From positions 119,352,001 to 119,416,000 of the forward strand of contig CM059432.1 of assembly GCA_030390025.1 (NCBI GenBank): 64,000 nucleotides of DNA, read 5' to 3'. The notes beneath the pieces are model-generated. The model worked only from the letters and a program-made list of their open reading frames with translations. It ran no database searches and was not told the origin of the DNA. Made by a program: the position numbers and the translations under genes. Below, piece by piece: positions 47,334-60,165 of this stretch. The stretch is from Squalus acanthias. Its lineage: Eukaryota. Numbering within the stretch: position 1 is the stretch's first letter; every line of letters starts with the position of its first letter.

Positions 47334-50080
47334 TTAGTGAGCGTAGTCTATAGGCCTCCGAACAGTTGCAACTCTATTGGACGGAGTATCAATCAGGAAA
47401 TAGTTGAGGCATGTAATAAGGGAACATCTATAATTATGGGGGATTTTAACTATCATATTAATTGGACAAATCAAATGGGGCAGGGCTGCCTTGAGGATGA
47501 GTTCATTGAGTGTATTAGGGATGGGTTTCTTGAGCAGTATGTAACTGAACCGACCAGGGGGCAAGCAACCTTAGATCTGGTCCTGTGTAACGAGACAGGA
47601 TTAATTAAAAATGTCCTAGTAAAGGATCCCCTTGGAATGAGTGACCATAACATGGTTGAATTCCATATTCAATTAGAGGGTGAGAAGGTTGGATCTCAAA
47701 CAAGCGTGCTAAGCTTGAATAAAGGAGACTATGAAGGTATGCGAGCGGAATTGAGTAGAGTGGATTGGGAAAATAGATTAAAGGGTAAGACGACACATGA
47801 TCAGTGGTGTACATTCAAGGAGTTATTTTACAACTTCCAAAAAAAATATATTCCACTGAAAAGAAAAGGGTGTAAAAGAAAGGACAGTCATCCGTGGCTA
47901 AGTAAAGAAATTAAGGATAGTATTCGACTAAAAACAAGGGCATATAAGGTAGCGAAATCTAGTGGGAGGACAGAGGATTGGGAAAACTTTAAAAGGCAGC
48001 AAAAAATAACAAAAAGATTGATTAAGAAAGGGAAGATAGATTATGAAAGTAAATTAGCAAAAAATATAAAAACAGATAGTAAGAGTTTTTATAGTTATAT
48101 AAAAGAAAAAGGGTGGCTAAAGTAAATGTTGGTCCCTTAGAGGATGAGACCGGGAAATTAATGGTGGGAAATATGGAGATGGCAAAAACACTGAATGAAT
48201 ATTTTGTATCAGTCTTTACAGTAGAGGACACTAAGAATATCCCAACACTGGACAAACAGGGGGCTATAGGGGGAGAGGAGCTAAACACGATCAAAATCAC
48301 TAAGGAAGTGGTACTCGGTAAAATAATGGGACTCAAGGCGGATAAATCACCTGGACCTGATGGCTTACATCCTAGAGTCTTGAAGGAAGTGGCGGTAGGG
48401 ATTGTAGATGCATTGGTAATAATTTTTCAAAACTCCCTGGATTCCGCTAAGGTCCCGGCAGACTGGAAAACTGCTAATGTAACACCCTTATTTAAAAAGG
48501 GCAGTAGACAGAAGGCTGGTAACTATAGACCGGTTAGCCTAACATCTGTGGTAGGTAAAATTTTGATGTCCATTATTAAGGAAACAGTAACAGGACATTT
48601 GGATAATCATAATTTAATAGGACAAAGTCAGCATGGTTTTACGAAGGGGAAGTCATGTTTGACAAATTTGCTGGAGTTCTTTGAGGAAGTAACATATAGA
48701 GTGGATAAAGGGGAACCAGTGGACGTAGTGTATTTAGACTTCCAAAAGGCATTTGACAAGGTGCCACACAAAAGATTATTGCTTAAGGTAAAAAATCACG
48801 GGATTGGGGGTAATATTCTGGCATGGATAGAGGATTGGCTATCTAACAGAAAGCAAAGAGTTGGGATAAATGGTTCATTCTCAGACTGGCAATCAGTAAC
48901 TAGTGGTGTTCCACAGGGGTCAGTGCTGGGTCCCCAACTCTTCACAATCTATATTAACGATTTGGAGGAAGGGACCAAGTGTAACATATCAAAATTTGCA
49001 GATGATACAAAGATGGGAGGGAAAGTAGTGAGTGAGGAGGACATAAAAAACCTGCAAGGGGACATAGACAGGCTAAGTAAGTGGGCAGAGATTTGGCAGA
49101 TGGAATACAACACTGGAAAGTGTGAGGTGATGCACTTTGGCAGGAAAAATCCTAGAGCAATTTATTATCTTAATGGCAAGAAACTGGAGAGTACTGAAGT
49201 GCAAAGGGATCTGGGGGTCCTGGTGCACGAAACTCAAAAGGTTAGTATGCAGGTGCAGCAAGTGATTAAGAAGGCAAATGGAATGTTGGCTTTCATTGCT
49301 AGGGGGATAGAATATAAAAATAGGGAGGTATTGCTTCAGTTGTACAAGGTATTGGTGAGACCGCACCTGGAATACTGCATACAGTTTTGGTGTCCTTACT
49401 TAAGGAAAGACATCCTTGCTCTCGAGGCAGTGCAAAAAAGGTTCACTCGGTTAATCCCGGGGATGAGGGGGTGGTCATATGAGGAGAGGTTGGGTAGATT
49501 GGGACTCTACTCATTGGAGTTCAGAAGAATGAGAGGCGATCTTATTGAAACATATAAGATTGTGAAGGGGTTGGATCGGGTGGATGCGGGGAGGATGTTC
49601 CCGATGACGGGTGAGACGAGAACTAGGGGACATAGTCTTAGAATAAGGGGCTGCTCTTTCAAAACTGAGATGAGGAGGAACTACTTCACTCAGAGGGTGG
49701 TAGGTCCATGGAATATGCTGCCACAAAAAGCTGTAGAAGCTACAACATTAATTAAATTTAAAACAGAAATAGACAGTTTCCTAGAAGTAAAGGGCATTAA
49801 GGGTTACGGGGAGCGGGCAGGAATTTGGACATGAGTCTAGGTTCGGATCAGTCATGGCCCTGTGGGTAGTGGAGCGGGCCCAGGGACTGTGCAGCCTGAT
49901 TCTGCTCCTATTTCGTGTGTGCAATTCTGTTAGATGCAGGAGATGGTTCTGTGATAGTAGATAGTAGATTGGCGGTTAGGATCAGATCAGCCATGATCTT
50001 ATTGAATGGCGGAGCAGGCTCGAGGGGCCGATTGGCCTACTCCTGCTCCTATTTCTTATGTTCTTATGTTCTTATGTTCT
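47334..50080 (+). mobile_element. 5'-truncated CR1 LINE, young
   Basis: APE endonuclease tail plus RT, 3' UTR stem-loop and (TTATGTTC)n tail; candidate TSD TCACC (47329-47333, 50081-50085). Confidence 0.95.
47337..49834 (+). pseudogene. CR1 ORF2 (endonuclease-reverse transcriptase), 5'-truncated, one frameshift near 48100-48125
   Basis: VYRPP, GDFN, LDLVL and SDH (APE); KSPGPDG, NYRPVSLTS, QHGF, LDFQKAFDKV, GVPQGSVLGP and FADD (RT). ORFs 47337-48125 and 48113-49834 join if one A is restored in an A-run. Confidence 0.93.
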
Positions 50081-53000
50081 TCACCACATACACCACTCTT
50101 TCAGTAACTGCTAAGGGCAACACCTTTAATTCTATTCCATGGATTCACTTCAGGCTGCCACTGAGGTCATCTGTGGCATAAGCCAAACAGTCGCGTACAG
50201 ATGCATCAAGTACATCACTGTTCTCTAAAACTAGCAATTTCATCAGTCTCCCTACAGAGAACTGGCATCAACTTGACAGGGCACTGCAATTGTACTGAAT
50301 GACAGGATTCCCTGAGGAGTAGTGCATGGCACCAACATGGCCATACATAGCCATGTGGGTGCTTTCAATGGCCAGCTATAGGTCAACAAAAAGGGCTGCA
50401 CACTCTGAATATGCAGCTTGTATGTGACCATGCAACACGCCATCATGAAAGTTAATGCTCACTTCCTTGGCAGATGTCACACTACCTTTAGCTGAAGGAA
50501 CTTCACAGCCCCAGTATCTAACATGTAAAGAAAAGTCCCCTGCTGGATCTGGGTAGAGAATGGCTATCCTTACAGCCTGGGCTGATGACATTACTGTGCT
50601 AAGCAGCACTACAATAGGATTCATTCATCCATTGATCAAATCATAGGCATGTTGAAGGTGTGCTGCAGGTGCTTGGATTGACCCAGGGGTGTCCTGCAGT
50701 ATAGGATGTCAAGGATCTTGTTGGTTAGTTGCATGCTACACAACCTTACCTTGCAAAGTGGCCTCATTATGAAGTCCCCAGTGGAGAAAGACCTCCATCA
50801 TAAGCAATAGAATCAGCAAGAGGAGCTGTGAAGGAATAAGCCATATTCAGAAAAATACACCATTCTATGAAATATTCTAGCCTTATCGTAACATGACAAA
50901 CTGGGCTTGAAAATCTAAAAACCTAACAATGGAGAAGCTGTGAACAGCATACAGGCTGTTGAGATAAGATAAGTTGTTGACACTGAATCAATAGCCTTAT
51001 TGAAACAGGAGGTTGGAGGTTCCTGAAAGTCTGAAGCTTTGGAAAGAAGACAATGGTGCACCCGGTTGAGGTGTTCTAAATACAAAAGACACATACGGAA
51101 GACCTTGGTAAGAATGACATCAAATAGATGCACCAGCCATCACATTGTTTTTATGATAAGCTTGAGACACCTACACAGGAGATATAATTCTTATTGCTAC
51201 CAGCTGAACGGACTGTAAGAATAGAAGAGGTCAACAGAAAAATGACGAGCGATAATTAGCTTACATCAGCAGAAAACTTCAAAGGATATACCACTGAGAA
51301 AGGGTATAAAAATTGAACTTTCAAATGGGAAGATAGATTCGCTGTAAAGGAGCAAAGCGATTCTCGGCTTCAGCGCTAGCTCTGTAAGTCTATAACACTT
51401 TGTATCTCGGGGATCAAGGTACTTGTATTTGATTTTGGTGGATATCCTGGAATAAACTAAGAAATGTAAAAATGTAATGAAGTTAAGATTTGAGAATAAG
51501 GATCTCTGAAAATAAGATTGTAAAAGATTTCTGTTTTTGGAACTGTTAATGTTGCAATTGAAACACCAACTGTAAATTACATGTCGGTTCTTTAATAAGT
51601 CTATTTATTTTTAGAATTGTCTCACATAGTACTTCTGTATCAAACTTGCAAACTCAATCTCTGTACGCTCTTTGGTGAGGAGTTGCAGAATTCTGAGGGA
51701 GTTTCTGGACCCACATAATATCCAGAATGTTACAGTCTAGCTAAGCTTATTAAAAGTGCTATCTGGAGGACGGTAACATCTTCAGGTTGTTCCTTTCCTT
51801 TAGGGAGAGATCGTCTGGACCTTTAGACCCAATTAAGCATCTTTAGGATTCGGTTACCTCAAACTTTAGTTGAAGGTGAATGTCTGGGGAATACGCCTGA
51901 TCTGGGGTAGCCCTAAAGGGGCTAGGACTAGTAATTATCCCTTCAGAGCAGCAGCCTGAAGAAAATGTAGAGGACAACCTTTTGCTGGCTGCATGCCCAT
52001 CTGATACAGCAGAACTTCCCTTGCCTACAATAGCTGGCCACTGTCCTGCCTATATCGTTCTCCTTCAGACCACAAAGATGCCAGCATCTACAAACCTTTC
52101 TCTGTGTGCATTATTTCACACAGCTCCTATTCATGCGCTTGATCAAAGCCACTACCAAACCTTGCCAAAAACACTTCCTGCACGCACAGCAACTTTAGTG
52201 CTCCTATAATTTTATTTATGACCAACAATGTGTATGCGTGCCTACTTCTTCTTACTACCGTGCTTCCCCTTGGTGCCAGTGTGTGATATTTGGACTCAAA
52301 CCTAATCTAGTGTTTAGTCTGGGTACGGCATGTGGCAGTAATACATGTGATGGCTGGCTGTTGTGATTCTGAAGGAGCCTTTGGGACTGAGGTGGCTTGC
52401 GTCCGATGACAGCTAAGTCTCGGGGTGGAGCTGCTGGAGGTAGGAGCTATATGCTACTGCATCAGCAATCTGGCCCTGCCTACTTTCTGCCAAATGTACA
52501 TGCATTAGAGAGGCTGGCAGAAGGGCACAAATGTGACGTTATCCTAAGAGACACCATGATCACCTGCCTGCCTTCCTGAGGTGCTACTGGTACTGGGCTC
52601 TGGCTCTGCATGACCACAAACCAGCAGAAAAGCACACCAATGGTTCCAATGAAATGAGTGAAACCCTGTGTGCTGTTTGTCTACAACCAGTCACCAAGCC
52701 TATCCAAACCAGAAGAGACAGTCCTCTGGCAGCCAAAGCATCTAGGGCAGCAGAAAACATAGACTGTCCTTAGAGTCTCTGTTATGAGTGGACTGCAGTG
52801 ATATTAAATGATCTTCGGATGTTCCTGCGTATAGTATTGGTGGACCACACAAATGCCATCCCAACACATTGATATGGTCCTGATAACTCTATGGTTGGAC
52901 TCACTGCAGCTTTCCTACAATCTGTTGGTTTAGCGAGCCCAGGGGTCGATGTTACCCTACCGCCAGGCAGAAACTGGGTGGGTTGGCAGTTACAAACAAG

Positions 53001-53514
53001 CAGGTTACTTACCCGTTCAGATCCCGACCATTTCTGACAGTTTGTGATGTTAACCTGCTGGATTTTGCAGGTGGATGAGCCACCCACCTAAAGCAGGCAG
53101 GTGATCACAAATCGATGCAAATTGGGGTCCTATTACGTCAATATGACTCTATGCAATTTTAACTGGAGCCTAAGCGGGGAAGCTGCCATGGCAGAAACCA
53201 GTCCACAGCTGGTCTGAAGAGAGAAGGGGCCCTCTGGTATGCCAAAATCTTTCTTTTGGGTCTCACAAGGACAGTTGTGGCATCCCCTACCCCGGACTTC
53301 CTCCCCCCCACCAGCCTTCCATCCTGCGAGACCCTCCAAAATCCCCCTCTCCACCACTTCACCAACTGGGAAACTGGCGTGTGGCCAACGGCTGCCTGAT
53401 CTTCACCTGCTGGCAGCTGATCGATGCCACCTTCCTGCCAGTTTCATGACCTCCCGCTGCCTCTGCTAGGGGGGAAATCAACTTCCCACTGTCACTGACA
53501 TGACTACTGAGTCC

Positions 53515-54120
53515 CGTAACCACAAAAGTTATCACTCACTTAATGTGCACTTGTGTGACCACGCCCAGTGCTTCCTGATGACCAATGCCCACTATCCTAG
53601 CAGCAGTCATGATGCTTTCATCCTGCGTTAGTCCAGTGTGCCAGCAACCTTTCAGCCACTACGTCAAACCCGAGGGTGGCTGCTCGGAGATAAGGGCTTT
53701 CCGCTCTGCACCGGGCTCATGACTCCCCACCACTTGTGCCCAGCACTCATATAATGAGTGCCATGCTGCCACCAGGAACATCATCAAGCAGACCATCGGG
53801 CTGCTGAAGCAACGGTTCCACTGCCTTGACCGCTCGAGAGGAGCCCTCCTGCAGTCGGTGGAGTGGGTGTCCCATTTTGTGGTTGTCTGCTGCATGCTTC
53901 ACCACTTGGCCATCATGAGGGCTCAACCCTTGCCAGCTAGGATTGTGGGATCCTTTCAGGAAGAGGATGAGGGAGAGGAGGAGGAGAAAGAGGAAGAGGC
54001 GGAGGACAAGGAGGAAGAGGAGGAGGACGAGGAGAACGAGGAAGAAGGGAGGACACACGGAGCAAATCCCCCTTCAGCACAAGCTATCCATGAATGCCTC
54101 ATCAGACTGATTCCGTGGAA
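53515..54120 (+). pseudogene. Harbinger DDE transposase C-terminal remnant
   Basis: NHKSYHSLNV, YPSSSHDAFILR*S, GWLLGDKGFPL, YNECHAATRNIIKQTIGLLKQRFHCLD, CCMLHHLAI, poly-Glu tail. Confidence 0.88.
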
Positions 54121-54319
54121 TGAAACCCCAGATCCCCGTTGCTCACCACATCCCCATCAATCACATCCCCATCAAACCATCCCTCTGTCATGGAACATCA
54201 CAGCGTCCTCCTGGGCACAAAGCTGAAATGAGAGCCACCACAAAAGATTTCAAACAAAATTATAAATTTATCAACAATCAATTTACACATACTATATCAA
54301 CTAATCACCCTTGTGCAAT

Positions 54320-56222
54320 CCCTTAGTGCCTGTCATTCGGGTGCCCTTTCATGTCCTAGTGCTCCTATGCAGTCCTCCCCCAGTGGCTGCAGCATGGCTA
54401 GTAAATAGCTGGTGACTCTCAGTGGGGGAGACTTCAGATGGCCTTGCAGGGCGACTTCGAACAGCTCTGGACCTAAAAGGCCCGGCTATAGACTGCAGTA
54501 CCTCAGCATGCACAGAAGCAGTCTGGGCTGGCTGGCTGACAGCAGCAGCAAGGGCAATGGCGGAGTGGCAGTGTTGGGAACAGGAATGCTGTCATCCTGG
54601 GAGAGGACAGCAGGGTCCTGCTCCACTGACCCACTGCTACTCCCCCGGGGTGGCGTCTCAGCATTCCCAGCAATCTGTTAAAGCTCAGATTGTTGGTCTG
54701 CTGTGACACCCTGCAAGACCCGTTCGACAGTGGTAAACAAAGCCAGGCTGGCAGCAGTCTGAACTTGCGTGGCAGCAAGCTGAGACTGCAGGACAGCGGT
54801 CTATTTCCGCTGCAGCATTAAGACGTTGGGTCACTTCCGCTGAGCTGCAATGGCAGCCACAACATTGCCCATCACACGCAGCCTCATGTATGGGTCAACA
54901 CGGTCTCTCCAGGAGCTTTCCATCATTTCCTGCCTGGAAATCTTGGGCTCCAAACTCTGCGCAAAACTCTGTTAGAGGCAGACTCCTCCATGCTCCTTGA
55001 CATTGCCAAGAGGCTCTCTGGCAGGCTTGCCATTGCACCTTTCAATTCGGTGTGCATGCCCATCACCCTTCTTCTGACGGCCAGCCCATCGAGGTCCTCA
55101 TCTGAGTCCTGTGCAGCAGAACTCGCGCGTGAACTCACCCTCCGGGGAGCTGGCCCCTGAGCTACCCTTTCCCCCTGGCCTTGCTGCAGCCCACTCGTGT
55201 CTGATGCCTCACTCTATGCAGATCCCGCTTCTACACTAGCCTCTAAAGTACATGCAGTGCCAGTTTCTGAGCTGGTGTCTGTGAGTGACAGATGCAGTGA
55301 CACTGTGTTTTCTTCTTCTGCCCTATCACTCTCCTCTATCCCCCGGCTGGGCTGCTGCTTGGTCCTGATTATCTGAAAGCAGAAAGGCACAAGAGTCGGG
55401 ATATGGTGAGGGGAGGGGGGCGGGGGGAAGTAAGATATCCATGCATACAGCATCAGCAGCTTGAAAGTGAGAAGAGATTGTGGGATGGGGGGGAAGTGGG
55501 ATGTGAGAAGAAGGATTAGGAATGAGCATACTGTTGTTGTCCCCAAGGGCTTCAACCGCGCCGGTTGCCATAGCCTCCATGACTTCCCGTCCAATAATGT
55601 CCACCACTCGTTCCTCTATTTGGCTCAGGTCCTGTATGGCAGCTTGCCCCCCTGCCTGTCTGCCGCTGCTCCTGGCGGTTATGCGCCACTTTGGCCTGCA
55701 AGAGAAAGGGAAGTGTGTGAGTGAGTGTGGTACAAAGTGTTTGAATGATGTGCCTGCCATTGTTGAATAGCTGTCAGTGTGTGCAAGGTGTGAGATGTGG
55801 GTGTGAGTGTTGCAGCAGTGGTAAGGTTATGAGGGTGAAGTGAAGCTCTGATTGTGAGGTGTGGGTGGTGACAGGTGGAGATTGTTGTTGGTGAGTGCTG
55901 GGGGTGTGGTGTTTTGAGCAGTGTGTGAGGTTAGTGGTGCAGATGGTAGGATATGGCATTTGCTGAAGCCTTTACTCACCTTGACCAGCCGTGTGAGGTC
56001 ATTAAACTTCTTCTGGCATTGTATGGAGGACCTGGGGACCACATTGGTGGCCATTTCATTATTGGCTATCTCCCGTCACATCCTTCTGGATGTATGGGCC
56101 GATAGCTTCCTGTCAGTGTGTGGGAAGAGGACAGCCCATCTCCTCTCCAAGGCCACAACCAATGCCTCCAGAGCCACGTCTGAGAACCTTCTTGCACTCG
56201 CTCTGAGCTGAGGCTCAGCCAT
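54320..56222 (-). pseudogene. Harbinger Myb/SANT-like protein gene with two introns (exons about 56222-55980, 55695-55532, 55372-54320)
   Basis: MAEPQLRASARRFSDVALEALV...RSSIQCQKKFNDLTRLVK|gtgagt; ttgcag|AKVAHNRQEQRQTG...ALGDNN|gtatgc; tttcag|. One stop in exon 1 and a frameshift in exon 2. The 3' end is approximate. Confidence 0.78.
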
Positions 56223-57318
56223 CTCTTTGTAATAGCACCTGCTTCCAGGTGCAGTTCCAACTGGAATGACAATGAGGTGCTGTAGCATCAATGCACATTC
56301 CCTTTACATACTGAAAAAGCCTGTGCCAAACATGACTGGGAATTAGACTGGACCCGATATTGGCCCACCTATTGATCGGTAAGCCAATGAGCAGCGGTTT
56401 TAGCACTGAGATCAGCACTATAATCATGTTAATGAGGAGTGAGCACAAATTTTGCATGCTATCCAGACCAGTTTCATGCACCGCAGCTTAATGGTGCTGA
56501 GCCATGACACCACCCGTTTTCGGGCCATTTCCCATTTCTAGGCCAAAATGTCAACTGCCATTTGACCATTTTTAAACTCAAATGACATGAATAATGTTTG
56601 AACTGTGCTAAAGATGTTTAATTGTAGCAAAAAACAACACCTGGATACAGCCTTTCTGGTGTTTCTATTAAATATATTAATATACTGTGATCTGGCTCAT
56701 AGATATAAAAAGTGTCATAAAATACAAGTGTGATGGCATCATCAATTTGCTGTTTAGCAGGGTAAATGTTCCATTGATGTTCTCTGTCCTTTGATATTTG
56801 TGCACTAAATAGATACTGAGCACAGGGAAGGCAAAGAGGAATGGCTAGAGGAATAAACATAGATTGTGGGATACAATTCCTATCCCCTAAATACCTTGAC
56901 ATGATCTCCTGAGCAATGAGGTTATAAGTGAGGTACAGTCAGTGGCATGAATGGGTTATCCCATAAGTCTTCATTTTGTATTCCCCTTTCGGCACATGTC
57001 AAGTGAGTAACTGAAATAAAAATGACAGAAGTTAGACGTAAATTAATTTTTGTTGCTCTGTTCTCAGTTGTGGTGTTGGCTTCATGAAATGTAAAAATAT
57101 GTTTCATAAGGAAGTTGCCATCACAAGCAACATAATTATGTTTGGACCTTTACAAATATAACTCTTGCTAAAGCCCCTGTTCAACTGATGTATGATGCTA
57201 CTGCTGGGATCAGGAACAATTGTGTCAAAAAAGATGACAATATCGCTCATTCAGACGTAAACACTAAACACCTGAAAATGTAGCTCAGAACATGGAAAAT
57301 AACTTCATTGACTTCTAG

Positions 57319-57516
57319 TTCGACACAAATCTTTCTGTTTGGAAGGTCATAGCGCAGGTTTATGGAATTAAAACTACAATAGAAGTTTCAGGGGTAGCAG
57401 GACAACATGAAAAGACATTGATAAATATTGAATTGATCAAAGAATACGTGTCAAAGGCGACAGATATCAAGTTTGAATGTAAAAGTGAACTTGAATTGCA
57501 AAATGAATTTAAGAAG
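57319..57516 (+). CDS. Candidate internal exon of a host gene, weakly dynein-heavy-chain linker-like
   Basis: ttctag|FDTNLSVWKVIAQVYGIKTTIEVSGVAGQHEKTLINIELIKEYVSKATDIKFECKSELELQNEFKK|gtcact, 198 bp, phase 0-0 (alternative in-frame acceptor at 57346). Non-repeat context and helical composition; the donor is weak. Confidence 0.35.
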
Positions 57517-57969
57517 GTCACTGTGCCTTGCTTCGCTACCCTCAGGAGAACAGAATTGCTATTGTCAAATTTGGCAGGCCAGCTCTTTAACGTACATGCA
57601 AAATTGTGCATAGTTTGCTATTACAGCGCAAGACATTTTGTGATTTGTTATCTCTGTAAAAATGTGCCAAAGAGGTAGACATGGGACAGGCTCAATTTTA
57701 AATCATTTATGGGAGCACAGAATTAAACTGAAAAATGCACTCTCAGCCATCTTCTGGTGTGATTGGATACATGCATGGAATTTTGACTTGCCCAAGAGAA
57801 TTAAACCTAGCAGTTGTTTCCTGGTGCTAGTATTGATCATCAGATGGCTTCAAATGTCAACCTTCGGGTCAGGTAGGGTGACGTAAGAAATGAACGAGTG
57901 ATCAACATCAGTTGTTGATCAGCAATGCTTACTGCACTGTTTTCTTACAGAGTGTTTACCGACTACAAA

Positions 57970-58717
57970 GGTTTGGAATTTGCGTTCAGCGGCGAAGCGA
58001 CGACACTCACCGCTGACCCCGGAGAAAGCTGCCCACAAAAATCCAATGATCTCAGTGGCATGAATTTCAGCTCTCCAGACCTAAGTTTGAATCTGGTGCC
58101 AAATCAAGGCAATCTCCTGCAACAGTGATGTCATCAAGCTGCCAATCACATTGAAGAATTCTCTCAGACAGCAAACCAGGAAGTAAAATGCACAGATTCT
58201 AATTTACTTTTTATAAATTTTACAGAGAGCAAAATAAAGATCGGGACATACACATAGGATTAAGGTAGAAGCTGGAATATCATAAACTTTAAAAAAAAAA
58301 TGAATTTTAAAAACCATGTAATTCTTATTCATATTAATGGAAAAAATTTGACATTCCACAAATATACAAATTATTTTTTCAGGGCCAAAACAGTTGTTCA
58401 GCAGTCAATATGCCATTAAAAGCTCAATTACACCTCTTTGAACAAGGCTTAACCTTTTCAGGGGGCAGGGGGGTGAACAGCAATATTCCAGCGCAATAGG
58501 GGAAGTTTTCGTCCTTCAGTGTGATTTGAATTGATTGCCAGCTCTGGGGAGTTCCACAGCACAACCTGTGGCGGAGCAGGGAATGACTGATCGCAACTTT
58601 TAGATTTCCGTTTTTATCTGCGCATGCACTAAATCCTGAAATTGTGGTCAGTTTCAGAGGGGGAATGACGGCGAAAGCTGACAGTTTCGCCATCATTACC
58701 ACCGCAAAATCCGAGCC
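57970..58717. mobile_element. Harbinger-like MITE, diverged
   Basis: Imperfect TIRs GGTTTGGAATTTGCG / CGCAAAATCCGAGCC; GC-rich ends, AT-rich core, subterminal GGCGAA/TTCGCC motifs. Confidence 0.6.
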
Positions 58718-59429
58718 ATTAACTTTCTGCCACATCATGGGTAGCATGGGGCATATCTTGAAATGCTCTTGGATGATTCAGAAAGAAACTAAACTCAAAG
58801 TGGAAACAAAAAAAAAGTGAGCATGGCTTATGGGTAAATACACTGTGAAAGAAAGAAGAGAAAAAACTTGCATTTTTGTAGCAACTTTCCCACCTTCAGG
58901 ACTACCCAAAGCACTTCACAGCCAATGCATTACTTTTGAAGTGCAGACACTGTTGTTATGTAGACAATGTGACACTGAGCCATATCGATTAGGAAGCTCT
59001 GAGTGAGACTTCCAATCCAGTGTTAAATTGTTTTATGTTGTGGACTCTTAACAACTTGGAACTGGTTTGACTGTGTCAAAGATGTTATAATTAAATCAAG
59101 TAAATTAGAAAATGTACTTCCTCAATGAAACGAGAGAACGATCACCCCACCTTCCCATTTTTTTAAAAGCACTACAATATGCTAGAACAAATCCATCGAT
59201 TAAACAGAATTGCAAAGTAGTTGCATTAACTCACTGTGCTTTTTTATCAAACACAGTTAAAGACCAGAACAATTGATTTTTTAGGGCAGAGCACCAAATG
59301 ATTATAAAGAAAAAATGAGTACCTTAAGATACCTCTGAAAATATCCCAAAGTACTTCACCTGAAGAATTACTTTGAATTGTAGTCTATGTAGGCAAATGT
59401 GGCAGCCATTTTGTAAAAAAAACAAAGAA

Positions 59430-59879
59430 AGACTTGCTTTTATACAACACCTTTCACAACCACCAGATGTCTCAAAATGCTTTACAGCCAATTAAGTACT
59501 TTTGGAGTGTAGTGATTGTTGTAATGTAGGAAATGTGGCAACCAATTTGTGCTCAGCAAGCTCCCACAAACACCAATGTGATAATCTGTTTTTGTTATGT
59601 TGATTGAGGGATAAACATTGAGCCAGGACACTGGGATAACTCCCCTGCTCTTCTTCGAAATAGTGCCATGGGATCTTTTATGTCCACCTGAGAGAGCAGA
59701 CAGGGCCTCAGTTTAACATCTCATCCGAAAGACGGCACCACCGACAGTGCAGCACTCCCTCAGCATTGCATTGGAGTGTCAGCCTAGCTTTCTGTGCTCG
59801 AGTCCCCGGAGTAAGACTTGAACCCACAACCTTCTGACTCAGAGGCAAGAAGTGCTACCAACTGAGCCACAGCTGACAC
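59430..59879 (-). mobile_element. Full-length tRNA-derived Deu-domain SINE with L2-like tail
   Basis: A-box TGGCTCAGTTGG, B-box GGTTCAAGTC, Deu-like core, tail ...GTGTTGTATAAAAGCAAGTC. Tail-only fragments at about 58865-58965, 59340-59410 and 45800-45860. Confidence 0.82.
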
Positions 59880-59954
59880 TGTCACGATCTCACAAACAAT
59901 AACATTGAAGGAAGAATGATGATAGAACATTCTTTAACATCAACAACAAAAACA

Positions 59955-60165
59955 ACAACTTTCATTTACATAGTGCCTTTAATACAGAAAAAAACATCCC
60001 AGGGTGTTTGACAGAGCAAAAGAAGGAGATATTAGGAGGGGTTAATAAGAGATTGGTCAAAGAGGTAGATTTTAAGAAGCATCTTAAAAGTGGGGAGAGA
60101 GGAGGAGAGATTTAGGGAGGGAATTCCAGAGTTTAAGGCCCAGACAGCTGAAGGCGTGTCCACCA
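59955..60165 (-). mobile_element. L2-clade LINE 3' end
   Basis: GGHAFSCLGLKLWNSLPKSL..FKMLLKIYLFDQ; the tail GGCACTATGTAAATGAAAGTTGTT is similar to the SINE tails. Confidence 0.7.

Larger units (their letters stand above)
47190..50830 (+). pseudogene. Harbinger transposase remnant split by the CR1 insertion (47190-47333 plus 50081-50830)
   Basis: Left part: RMHRQVCSYLPLTEQQCPQRRCITEQSVTKLCYKL*TDL. Right part: TTLSVTAK, SLQAATEVICGISQTVAYRCIK, NMQLVCDH, IDQIIGMLKVCCRCLD, CMLHNL. The pieces are colinear with HARBI1-type transposases. Confidence 0.75.
53500..56544. mobile_element. Decayed Harbinger transposon (transposase 3' half on +, intron-containing Myb-like gene on -); left end unresolved
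   Basis: Convergent genes; the right end CATTTCTAGGCC resembles the GGCC-type TIRs seen elsewhere in the window. Confidence 0.78.

Noticed and set aside
50900..52900. Possible further decayed element or coding remnant
   Set aside because: No recognisable motifs or termini by eye; left unassigned.
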